Origin: Diplonema japonicum
Lineage: Eukaryota > Protista > Euglenozoa: Diplonemea
Length of the DNA stretch: 64,000 nucleotides
Assembly: GCA_964019335.1 (NCBI GenBank)
Contig: OZ025698.1
Coordinates: 248,001-312,000, forward strand
Direction of reading: 5' to 3'
Shown: positions 45,655 through 55,198 of the stretch, one piece after another
Layout: each line of letters starts with the position of its first letter
Position numbering within the stretch: the stretch's first letter is position 1
Made by a program: the position numbers and the translations under genes
Notes under the pieces: model-generated
Database searches by the model: none
Seen by the model: the letters and a program-made list of their open reading frames with translations, nothing else
What the model was told of the DNA's origin: nothing

Positions 45655-47053
45655 ATATTTTTTTTTTTTTTTTATATTCTCCCTGACTTCGGTAAACAAT
45701 CTGATTTTATGTTTACTCTTCATTTCCTTTTTTTTTTCTTTTTTTCTATCCTATAACAGATAGCAGAAGAGAAAATCATTGAGCTTGGGGAGGAGTGTAA
45801 AATTATTTTGAAAAAAAAATTCTTTTGGGAAAATTCGGGAGGAAAAGAAAAAAAAAAGAATCTTTTTTTTTTTTTGTTATATCAGCCCCATCTGCCCGCA
45901 ATGTCAAAAAAAAAAAAACTTTTTTCCCCTTCCCGTTGATTTATATAATGCTTCTCGTTAAAGGAAGGAGTCCCCCCCCCCAAAAAAAACAGTAAAAGGT
46001 CCACTGGCTACATGTGTGCTGGTGCTGAGGGGGATGGGTGGGGGGGGGGGGGGGGGATCATGTGTTTGCAAAATAGATCTATTTTTTTTCTCAGAACCAT
46101 ATTTTTAATTATTGCATTACACAAGAGAAAAAAAACCCCCCCCATCGTATTTTAAAACGAGAAGATAAACCAAAAAAAATGCTCACACAAGGGGAGAAAA
46201 AAAAAAGAATCCTTTTTTTTTCTTTCAAAAAGCGGGAGGGGGGCAAAAAAAAAAGAAAATGAAAGAAATGAAGAAAAGAGGGAAAGAAGGAAAGTATTAA
46301 AAAATTAAAAAAAAAGAAGAAGAAAAAAAAACCAGATACAAACTGTGCAACAACTGGTGGCAATGATACGCTGTCATACAGCGCAAGAAAAGAAAGCAAC
46401 AGAATAAGAAAGAGAAAAAGCCGCCCAAGAACAAATGGTTTAAAATATTTATTTCTTGATCACCTTCTCTCCTCTCCCCTTCCCGTTCTTCCCCCCCCCC
46501 TTTTTTTTCTTTTTTGTTTCTCACTTAGGCTTTAAGTGGGTATTGAGGTGTAATAATAACGTGTCATCGGTCCCTCCTTTTCCTCCTCCTCTTCCTTTTC
46601 CCCTCATAATCTGACGCAAGCTCCTTCTTCTGTGTAATCTACTTTGATGCCAGCTCAAGAAGCAATTTTCTTTTTGTTACACCCATTATTTCTTTTGTTG
46701 GGCAGTTGCTAACACTTCTCCTGATCATTTTTGTGAAGTTTTTTTTTTTCTTTTTTTTTTTCCGCGAGTCCCACCCCACCTAGTGCCTCTAGTACATTGG
46801 AAGGATGTGCAGAAAACGGGGGGGGGGGGAGAGAAAAAGAGGCACAAGACCCCCCTCCCTGGGTTTGCGGGTCTGGCCGGTTTCGTTGTCCCTTGCTGTT
46901 GTTGTTGTTGCTTTGAATTACCTCTTAATGATTGTGTAAAGACACCCCCCCCGCTCCCCCCTTTGTCTGATGAGCATAACCAATAACCAAGCGGTGACGC
47001 CCTCCCTTTTTCTTGTAACCTTCTATCTTATTTTCCTTGTTTTTCTTCCTGCT

Positions 47054-47087
<34 letters not shown>

Positions 47088-47259
47088 TTTTTTTTCTTCT
47101 TTCTTTTCTGTACTTAAACAAGCCTTCAATTTGCTTACTTCATTCTTATACCAATCTATTTCACGTGCCCCCCCCAAACTTTTTATTTTAATAGCTCACA
47201 TGTGAAGTAAAGCAAATGAAGAATTTGAGAAATGGAAAAGATGGAAAAAAAAAAAGGGG

Positions 47260-47292
<33 letters not shown>

Positions 47293-48029
47293 AGGCAAGC
47301 CGAAAAAAAAAGGGGGTGGAAGAGGGAGAGAAAAAAAAATGAGGGGAAAAGAAGAGAGAGAAAAAAAAAAGGTTTTTCCTTTGCTTCTTTATCTTACCGT
47401 CCCCTCTTGTTTTCTCTTTTTTTTTTTTTTTTTTTGCCCGGAAAGAAGGGGGTGAAAAGGAAAGAGGGGAGGGAGACCCCTTTAGTGAACATTACTTGTT
47501 GCTCCTTCCTTCCTTCCTTCCCCCCCCTCCCTTCCCGTGGAAAAGTGGGTGTGATAGTATGTAGCCTTCCTCCCTGCCTACACCCTTGAATATGATTATC
47601 TACTTTCTTTTTTTTCTTTTTTTTAACTGCCCCCCCCCCTTCCCCTTCCCACACTAGTGAATCAAGTAACAAACGTGCGATAAGCTTGGGGGTTATAAAA
47701 AAAAAAACTCCTCTGAGCTCCTCTCCCCTCCCCTCCCCTCCCCATATCCATGCCTATATTTTAAGGAAGAAGGAATTTTTTTTTATTCTACAACCTAACG
47801 ACTCTCATTTCTTATTTTTTTTACTTTTATCTTTTTTTTTTTTTCCCTCTCTCTCTCCTCTCTCTCTCTTATCTTCACAACTCTCCTCCCCCCCCTTCCT
47901 ATTTTAAAAAAAAGTTTTTTTTTTTTACCCGATCGAAAAAAAATTCAAAATTCAGGAGGGGGAAACCCCGGGCTGTGTGCGGAGGGTGTTGGTGGGGGGA
48001 AAAAAAAAAAGGAAAAAAAAAAAAGGAAA

Positions 48030-49202
48030 ATGAGCGGATATTTAACAGGCACGGCAATAAAACAGCAGGTGCACCGGCATGTTGCGAACGGGCTGACGTC
48101 CATTGCAAACGGGGCGAACTCGACCTTGGGTGTCGAATCCTGCCCGAGCGACAACACAAGCAGCCTCCCATTCCCATCCACCTGCCTGCTAAGCTGCGTC
48201 ATTGCTGTAGGCTGCTTCATATCCTGCCTCACCATCTTAAGATGGTACAACTTCCTCCTTCTTGTAGAATCGGACCACGGGACCATCACAGAGCGGACGG
48301 CAGTATACACACCGCTGACCTCCAACACACATTGGGCCATGTTCTTCGCCATGGTTTGTTTGAAATCTATCCTAGATGCCCTGATGTACGGGGTGTCGGA
48401 GATAGCAAAAAACAAAACTGCACTGGCGTACGCGAACTTCACGGATTTGGTGTTACATTCTCTGACTTCCTTGTCACTGTCGTGGGCGTTGCTGTATCAG
48501 TTTAAACACCGGTCTGGTCAGGATATTCAAATCCATTCTGACTCTGGTAGTGATTCATCTGGTGATCCAGGGCGTATGGTGTTCCGTGTGGTGACCTCAG
48601 CCGAGGCTGGGCTTCTTTATCTTGCGCTGGTTCACATTGTGGTGGCGTGGTGGGCTGTGCCCGATCTTCCTGGGGCGGATAATTATTCGAATTCTTATTG
48701 GGTTTATGTTGCCGCGCTGTGTACGCAAAGGCTGCCCTTAGTGGTGATCGGCGTCTTGCTTGTTCTGCCGTCTCTTGAAATCAAAGTTGCTCATCCCACG
48801 AACTTGTTCAATCCGAACTCTTACCCGTCCAGCAATGCGAGGTGGCTGCTAGGTGTTGGTATCCTGATTGGCCTCCCGCACACGCTGCCTGCTACAACAT
48901 GGACGAATCATATCCTGTCATCGCCTAGCCAGCGTACTCCCTGCCCTTTGTGGGTTTTTTCATGGTGTGTGTGTGTGTGTTTTTTTTTTAATGTTTTTTT
49001 CAGGTATGACATAATCTTGCTTCTCTACATCGTTACGCTGTCGTGTTACTTCAGTTTTTTGAGGCTTGAGGTGTGTGAAAAAGAAAGAAAAAAAAAAAAA
49101 AAAATGTATATTACTTCCCAGTTTAATCGGGTCAAGGAGCAGGAGTTGTACAGTTGCCACGTGGAGCACACTGAAAGAAGCAACAACAGAAGGGTTTTGT
49201 GA
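48030..49202 (+). CDS. Multi-pass membrane protein; introns 48965-49003, 49071-49121
   Basis: About seven hydrophobic segments; two in-frame GT-AG low-complexity inserts near the 3' end. Confidence 0.75.
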   Translation: MSGYLTGTAIKQQVHRHVANGLTSIANGANSTLGVESCPSDNTSSLPFPSTCLLSCVIAVGCFISCLTILRWYNFLLLVESDHGTITERTAVYTPLTSNTHWAMFFAMVCLKSILDALMYGVSEIAKNKTALAYANFTDLVLHSLTSLSLSWALLYQFKHRSGQDIQIHSDSGSDSSGDPGRMVFRVVTSAEAGLLYLALVHIVVAWWAVPDLPGADNYSNSYWVYVAALCTQRLPLVVIGVLLVLPSLEIKVAHPTNLFNPNSYPSSNARWLLGVGILIGLPHTLPATTWTNHILSSPSQRTPCPLWVFSWCVCVCFFFNVFFRYDIILLLYIVTLSCYFSFLRLEVCEKERKKKKKMYITSQFNRVKEQELYSCHVEHTERSNNRRVL

Positions 49203-49635
49203 GTGAGCAGGTTAGGAAAAAAAAAAAAAAAAAAGAAAAGAAAAAGCACAGACTGGCAGAGAAAAAAAAATGGAGGGGGGGGGGGGGGAAGAAAGAAAGA
49301 AAGAAAGAAACACGCCCCGTACGCTCAATCTTTTTTTTTTGGTCAGTTTACATGAGTACGTTAAAAGGGGGGGAAAGGGTTTTTTTAAAAATAAAAAACC
49401 GGGGCGGGGGGGGGGGGGGGGGGGAATGCTTCAAATTTGCTTCAATCAAAAATGCCCGCCCTTCTTCTTTTTTTTTCTCTCCAGTTTAATCTTTTTTTCT
49501 CTCCCCCCCCCACATTTTTTTTTACCCCCCTTTTTTTTTTCTCTCTTCAAATCCACTCTTTGTTCTTTCCGCAGTTTCTTTTTTTTTTTTTTTTTCTCTC
49601 TCCCCTTCCCGAGACACGATCTTTCTATAGGGGGA

Positions 49636-50640
49636 ATGCTCAGATCACCCGAGAAAGACAGGGAAAACCTGCAACGCAAATCCTGCGAGCTCAAGGCGCA
49701 AAAACCTAGCTTCTCCATAGTATGGAGGTCAGGAGATGACTTCGGGTGGGGAGCGGACGGCGGGTTTCAAGAAAACTTTGAAACCTTGCTCAAGGTGGAC
49801 GAGCTCCAATGGAAAATAATGTCGAGTAGAAAACAACAAGAAGAAGAAATGGAAACAGTACGCAGCAGAAGGCAAAAGCTCCGCAGCTCCATGAAAGAAA
49901 GACAAAGGAAAAGCTTCCAAAGCGCATTAGACAGAAAAGAACTGCACGCTGTGTCACGAGCATCATACTCGTCAGCATCAGCGCCCTGTGCCAGTTCGGC
50001 AAAGCAACGAACAGTTGTCTTCACACCCAACGATGAGGTACAGGATGTCTTCACACCTTCAGACCCTGTATCTGAACAGGACATCAGTTCTTCCAGCGGT
50101 AACGAACCAGCAACATTTTCTAAAAACTGGCCCGAAGATGTTTTCCTCACTACAGCTAAACCTGTCTACCCTGGTGGTGTCGCGTCAAGACCGCCGCGTG
50201 AGCCGAAAAAAACAGCAAGGCGTCCTCGAAAGCACAGTCAGCACACTACCCATACAACCACGAGGTGGCTTTCTCATCACACCCCGAGGCCTGTAACCGC
50301 ACGGCCACCATTGGGGGAACCGAGTGTGCCAGCACGGCATGTTCATGGTTCTTGTGATCGTGCACCTCCTTCGAAACCGCTTCCCTCGCTTCGTGCGCTC
50401 GCCAAGTCCTCTTCGTGGTGGTCGCTGGCATCTGTCACCTCGCTCCCTTCCACTCAGCTCAACCAGGCCTGGGCCGCTCGTAAGCGGTATGAAGGTAAGA
50501 GCTTCAACCAGTACAAACCCATTCTTGGCGGAGGTCCTTGCGCGTCGTACTATTTACACGTCATGCACACCGAAAGTGCCGACGATGTTGCTAGAGACCT
50601 CGCCGCCTTCGACAGAAAGCTTGACCTCAAGCACACGTGA
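49636..50640 (+). CDS. Hypothetical protein (coiled-coil N-terminus, low-complexity middle)
   Basis: ATG at 49636 follows a pyrimidine tract and AG; the upstream part of the ORF is homopolymer-derived. Confidence 0.65.
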   Translation: MLRSPEKDRENLQRKSCELKAQKPSFSIVWRSGDDFGWGADGGFQENFETLLKVDELQWKIMSSRKQQEEEMETVRSRRQKLRSSMKERQRKSFQSALDRKELHAVSRASYSSASAPCASSAKQRTVVFTPNDEVQDVFTPSDPVSEQDISSSSGNEPATFSKNWPEDVFLTTAKPVYPGGVASRPPREPKKTARRPRKHSQHTTHTTTRWLSHHTPRPVTARPPLGEPSVPARHVHGSCDRAPPSKPLPSLRALAKSSSWWSLASVTSLPSTQLNQAWAARKRYEGKSFNQYKPILGGGPCASYYLHVMHTESADDVARDLAAFDRKLDLKHT

Positions 50641-50666
50641 TGCGGTGCTTTTCAGCATCGTTTTTT

Positions 50667-50703
<37 letters not shown>

Positions 50704-50740
50704 CGCGGCTCGTTTTAACATTGTACAGTCTGCGGGCGAC

Positions 50741-53110
50741 ATGAGGTGTCGATGTGGGTATCTCCTCGGGCTGGTCAGCGACCCTTACGACACGCAGCTG
50801 GAGATGGAAAGGAAAAACGTGTTTATAAGCATCATCTGTATATCGCTGGCATTCGGACTGCCCGGCATGCTGTTCCACTACAACGAGGGTGAAATCGTCC
50901 TGATGTGTTCGACCCTGGCCACGTTCATCGCAGGCTTGGTGGGCATAATTGTGATGATCAAAACACGCAAGCTCAGCATGTGGGTAGTGGTCATGATAGT
51001 GATTACATTTTCAACTGCAGTAGTTTTAGTTGATATCTACGCTGCAGCTAGTTTGAAGGTGAGGCAGTGGCCGCTGTTCGTACCTCTGTGCGATGTGCTC
51101 CTTACTTGCAGATACGACGCGTTGCTGCTGTTCGTAGTGGTTTACGCCTGCTCTACGATAGTGCTGCTAGGTGCTGAGGAGACCTTTCGGTTTGGTCTTT
51201 TTAACCTCTTGGAACAGCCCACTTCCATCTGTGACTGCGCTGACCCGCCCTGCGCGGCGTTTAGTGCTGTACCGAGCGCTACAGGCATTATCTTGGTCTT
51301 CCTCCTCGACTTCCACCTCACTAAGGGTTTCACAACTGCCATGTTTGCTGAGAAGGCTAAAGTGGAGTCTTCCATTGAAACCACGCGTCAGATAGCCGCT
51401 GCCTTAGCCAAGTTCGACTTGGAAACCGCGGAGAAGCACCTCACCGAAGCCACCCTTCCCGGTGACCTTGAGATGGCTTTTAATGACATTCTGGAGAATT
51501 TGCATACCTACCGCCCTTATCTCCCCACCGCCTTGTTCCAGGACACTTCTTCGATGGGGTCGTCTGTCTGTTGTCTCGCCGCGCCTCCTGGTCCTAACGC
51601 GAGCATTGTCTTCACGGACATCAAGGGGTCTACCAACCTGTGGGAGTGCTTTCCCGACGACATGAAGACAGGCCTCGCAACGCATAACAGTGTGATCCGT
51701 TCTTGCATCACCATGTTCAACGGGTACGAGGTGAAGACCATTGGGGACTCTTTCATGGTGGCCTTCGAGTCCATGCTCGACGCCGCGCTTTTTTGCTTAA
51801 ACATACAAGAAGAGCTTTCCAAAGCCAGTTGGCCAGAGGTCCTGTGCAACCAGCAGCTGAGCCCTTCCCTCGGCGACGGCATCGTCGTCAGGGTGGGCAT
51901 GAACTACGGTGACGTCGCTGTTGAGGTCCGTGATGGGAAAACCGACTACTATGGTCCTGTAGTGAACAGAGCCGCAAGACTGGAAGGATGCTGTGTAGGT
52001 GGTGCGGTCGCCATGGAGGAGAGTATTTACACCAAGGTGTGCCAAGAGGCCGAGACAGCAGGCAGAACGGAGCTCAACGACTGCAAATCGCGCAAGGTCG
52101 TGAGGGAGCTGAAGGGCGTGGGCGCGTGCTCCGTAGTAATGATGGTCCCAGGCTCCATGCCGGAACGGGATGTGTACATGAGATTGGAACTGGCAGGGAA
52201 GAATAAAAACCTTACTGCCCCATCGGCAAGAGACAACCCTTTGAGACAGTCGTCATCGAGAGTGTCATACGCAAGTGTGTCGTCAGTGGGCGGCGGTGTG
52301 ACGGGACTGGCAAAACTAGTCCAGTGCAGCGTGGTAAGGGTACAACTACTGGTCACCACGGGCGGGAACGAGTTCACTGCTGCAAGCTGTGCACAGATCG
52401 GGCTGACAAAACTGCTGCAGTGCGCAGAAAGAACAGAGGGCTCTGTCATTGGCTTAACCAGTGCTGCCGTTGATATTGGGTGGAACCTTGCGAAGCCCTG
52501 CGCGAGACACGAAGAAGTCGCTGCACGATTTGCAAACCTTTTCTGCAGCTCCTTGCACAACCTTGCAACTATGCAACATGCCGATAGCAACACGAAGCTC
52601 GCCATCGCCACAGGCAACGTCGTGTCAACAAAACTAGGCACACGAGACCAAAGGTTCATCGCGTGCATGGGACCAACAATAGATCTGTGCTGGCACCTCA
52701 TACAAAGCTGTCTGACCTATCAGGTGGCGTGCGTCGCCGTTTCTATGCTGGAACCCCTGCACTCTTCGAGACTGGCACAAATCCATGACCTACGGCCTTT
52801 GTGTTATTTCCGGATGGCCACGCATGACGACGCCCAGATGGTTCCCGTGTACCAACTAAACATCTCGAAACGGGGGTCGTTGGCCATGTGCCTCACAGAC
52901 TGCACCGATACCGATTGGTTCTGGTCTTCTGAGTACACCGCCGCCTTCTTTGAAGGCAATTGCGACAAGATGAGGCACAAGGCTATAGAGTCCACTTCTG
53001 AGATGACTATAGACATCGTGATGGACACGATGCTGGATCCTATCAATGTGAGAACTTTCGTGCGGCACATCGCATCACCGTCGAGTCCTACAGTGACCCC
53101 GCGTACTTGA
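50741..53110 (+). CDS. Multi-TM class III adenylate cyclase with a degenerate second cyclase-like domain
   Basis: SIVFTDIKGSTNLWE, YEVKTIGDSFM, RVGMNYG and DYYGPVVNRAARLE are euglenozoan receptor-AC catalytic motifs. N-terminal TM helices. Confidence 0.9.
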   Translation: MRCRCGYLLGLVSDPYDTQLEMERKNVFISIICISLAFGLPGMLFHYNEGEIVLMCSTLATFIAGLVGIIVMIKTRKLSMWVVVMIVITFSTAVVLVDIYAAASLKVRQWPLFVPLCDVLLTCRYDALLLFVVVYACSTIVLLGAEETFRFGLFNLLEQPTSICDCADPPCAAFSAVPSATGIILVFLLDFHLTKGFTTAMFAEKAKVESSIETTRQIAAALAKFDLETAEKHLTEATLPGDLEMAFNDILENLHTYRPYLPTALFQDTSSMGSSVCCLAAPPGPNASIVFTDIKGSTNLWECFPDDMKTGLATHNSVIRSCITMFNGYEVKTIGDSFMVAFESMLDAALFCLNIQEELSKASWPEVLCNQQLSPSLGDGIVVRVGMNYGDVAVEVRDGKTDYYGPVVNRAARLEGCCVGGAVAMEESIYTKVCQEAETAGRTELNDCKSRKVVRELKGVGACSVVMMVPGSMPERDVYMRLELAGKNKNLTAPSARDNPLRQSSSRVSYASVSSVGGGVTGLAKLVQCSVVRVQLLVTTGGNEFTAASCAQIGLTKLLQCAERTEGSVIGLTSAAVDIGWNLAKPCARHEEVAARFANLFCSSLHNLATMQHADSNTKLAIATGNVVSTKLGTRDQRFIACMGPTIDLCWHLIQSCLTYQVACVAVSMLEPLHSSRLAQIHDLRPLCYFRMATHDDAQMVPVYQLNISKRGSLAMCLTDCTDTDWFWSSEYTAAFFEGNCDKMRHKAIESTSEMTIDIVMDTMLDPINVRTFVRHIASPSSPTVTPRT

Positions 53111-53168
53111 TAGATCGAGTTTTTTTTTTTTTTTTTTTTTTTTGTTACAAATATTTATCTTTCAAAAA

Positions 53169-53517
53169 ATGATTTTATAACTATATGCAACTGTGCCGAG
53201 CAAAAAACTTTCGCAGCTTTTTAAAAACCTTTTTTGCTCGTGCGAACAACAAAGACATATAGTCATAAAGAATTATTTTTTTTTTTTTTTTTTGGTCGGG
53301 AAAAGTACTCTCCAAACCTGGAGCACTTGGAGGGGTCGCAAGATTAGATCGAAACTGTGAGATCCCTAGTACTGACCATCCCCCCTCCCTTTTTAGGGCA
53401 TGCGGCTTTCGCTTTAGGAGTTTGCATGTTAATTTGAGTTTTTTTTTTTCTTTTATGATTTTATAACTATATGCAACTTGTGCCGAACAACAAAAGACAT
53501 ATAGTCATAAAAGAATT
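53169..53517. repeat. Two copies of a small inverted-repeat element (53169-53274 and 53455-53517)
   Basis: Each copy has tttataactatatg...catatagtcataaa arms; the second is internally shortened. Confidence 0.65.
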
Positions 53518-53948
53518 TCTTTTTGGACCTTTTCATCTACCGAAGATTGAGAAGAACCCGGAATAAACTTTGAACTCACCTTAATTGAAAACATTCACAA
53601 CTAGCCGAGGGGATATCAGCGTGAGTAACCAGCTCTATTATTTTATTTTTTTTGCACCTTTTTAAAAAAAAAAAAAAAGGTGACCACGGTTTGGTACCTG
53701 GCCTGTTGTCTCCCCTGTATCCTCTGATTTTTTTCTTTTTGAAAAACTTAGAATTTGCCATGGTTTGTACCTCCCTTTGAACGCGGCTCTTTAGGACGAC
53801 GCAACTGTTTGAACTGCAGAATACAGTCTAGCGTTGTCGGATAGTGGGCTTTTCTGTGTTTTGCGCGGCATTTGTGATGAATATCTATCATTTTCCCGAG
53901 GATTTTCTCCAGGTTGGGATGGTAGGTTTTTTTTTTTTTTTAAAAAAA

Positions 53949-54055
53949 GGAGTCCAGAAATGGAACATCCGTTAAAATTGGATCGATACAGAGAAGATTA
54001 GCATGTTCCCTGCGCAAGGATGACACGCATTAATCGAGAAAGTATCACCTTTTTT
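53949..54055 (+). ncRNA. U6: U6 snRNA (full length; gene or retrocopy)
   Basis: 5' GGAG..CATCC stem as in kinetoplastid U6, ACAGAGA box, AGC triad, ISL (TGTTCCCTGCGCAAGGATGACA), 3' T6. Confidence 0.95.
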
Positions 54056-54064
54056 AAAAAAAAA

Positions 54065-54202
54065 GGTGGTGGGAATAACATGGAAATATAAGAAAAACAT
54101 CAGATGTGTTGTTCACTGTTGACCTCCTCGTCGGTCATCACCGGTAGCGCCCGAGTGGAAGAACATAATGCAGATGCTCAGGGTGACAAACAGGCAGCAA
54201 AC
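54065..54202 (+). ncRNA. HDV-like self-cleaving ribozyme C2
   Basis: Same fold as C1; catalytic-C equivalent at 54187 retained (GACAAA); one P2 pair lost (G>A). Confidence 0.78.
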
Positions 54203-54386
54203 TGCACGAGCGCAGAATCTTGGTTACCCGGGACGCCCCGGCTGGGGTTGAGCTGTACACCGCACGCATTAAGGACACGACGCGGAACGCAGAAGAAGCT
54301 ACAACTCGGCCGCGGTGCGCCCCCTGTAATCAAGTAGACAGTTCTTGTGCAGGGCGCCGCCAACACCGGCCTCCTTTAACTCATAT
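54065..54386 (+). mobile_element. Ribozyme-headed dispersed repeat C, copy 2
   Basis: ~98% identical to 45333-45654. Confidence 0.8.
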
Positions 54387-54796
54387 TTTTTTTTTTTTTT
54401 TTTTTTTTATTTTTGTTGTTTCTGCAAAGATTTCGGTACCAAACCGTGGGTCACTGTTTTCAAAAATACAAATAAAGCATTAACAAGTGCTCAGAAGTGC
54501 CCTAGTCCGGCGGATTTTGATTTTTTTGTCATTTTAGAGGGTAGTGGGCAGGTTCTTTTTATTTTAGAAAAAAAGATTTCTTCTGAAAAAAAATTTTCCC
54601 CCCCACTTTTACCACGTTTTTAAGGGGTATGTGATTCGACAACCATCCGTTTGGTGCCAAATCCTTTATAATCGTAGGGGTGGTTGGAGTTCTTTTTTAA
54701 GGGCGACTTTTTAGCGAAAAATGGCAAAAGGTGGTCCTTTTTAAGGACCATATGATGGCAAGAAACGGGGAAACGGTTTCGGACACCCCACCATCG

Positions 54797-54903
54797 CTTG
54801 CACCACATGTCGACAACCCGTGATAGGCGCCGATTCAGGCTTGGGCTGTGCCCTGTTCACTCGCCGTTACTAGGAGCATCGCTGTTGCTTTCTCTTCCTG
54901 CGC
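54797..54903 (-). pseudogene. 28S rRNA 5'-region fragment
   Basis: Minus strand GCGCAGGAAGAGAAAGCAACAGCGATGCTCCTAGTAACGGCGAGTGAACAGGG matches conserved LSU GCGGAGGAAAAGAAAC...AGTAACGGCGAGTGAA. Confidence 0.88.
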
Positions 54904-55039
54904 TTTTTATTTTTTTGGGGGGGGGTTTTTCCTTAAGTATCTGAAAAATAAGGAAACAGATACGGAAACGGAAACGTGAGGGTCTACCACTGACCTTGTC
55001 TTACGGCTGACTCCAGTGACGCGCGACATATTTCCCAAC

Positions 55040-55089
55040 GACCTCAGCTGTTGAAGATCTACGCGCTGAACTTATGCATATCACTCAGC
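55040..55089 (+). pseudogene. 28S rRNA extreme 5' fragment (possibly preceded by ITS2 sequence from ~54977)
   Basis: GACCTCAG...CGCTGAACTTATGCATATCACTCAGC matches the LSU start GACCTCAG...CCCGCTGAAYTTAAGCATAT. Confidence 0.8.
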
Positions 55090-55198
55090 CTGGGGGGGGG
55101 GGGGGGGTAATTTGTTTCTTTGGGGAAGATTCTCTTCCTTCATTTGTGGGGGGGTATAATATTCGTCTTTTTCCTCCTCCCCCCCCCCCCCCCCCCCC

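Noticed and set aside
42264-47907. Numerous poly-F, poly-K and poly-G ORFs
   Set aside because: Artefacts of homopolymer runs.
53760-53880. Possible divergent tRNA or B-box upstream of U6
   Set aside because: Only weak GTTCAAA matches on the minus strand; no cloverleaf.
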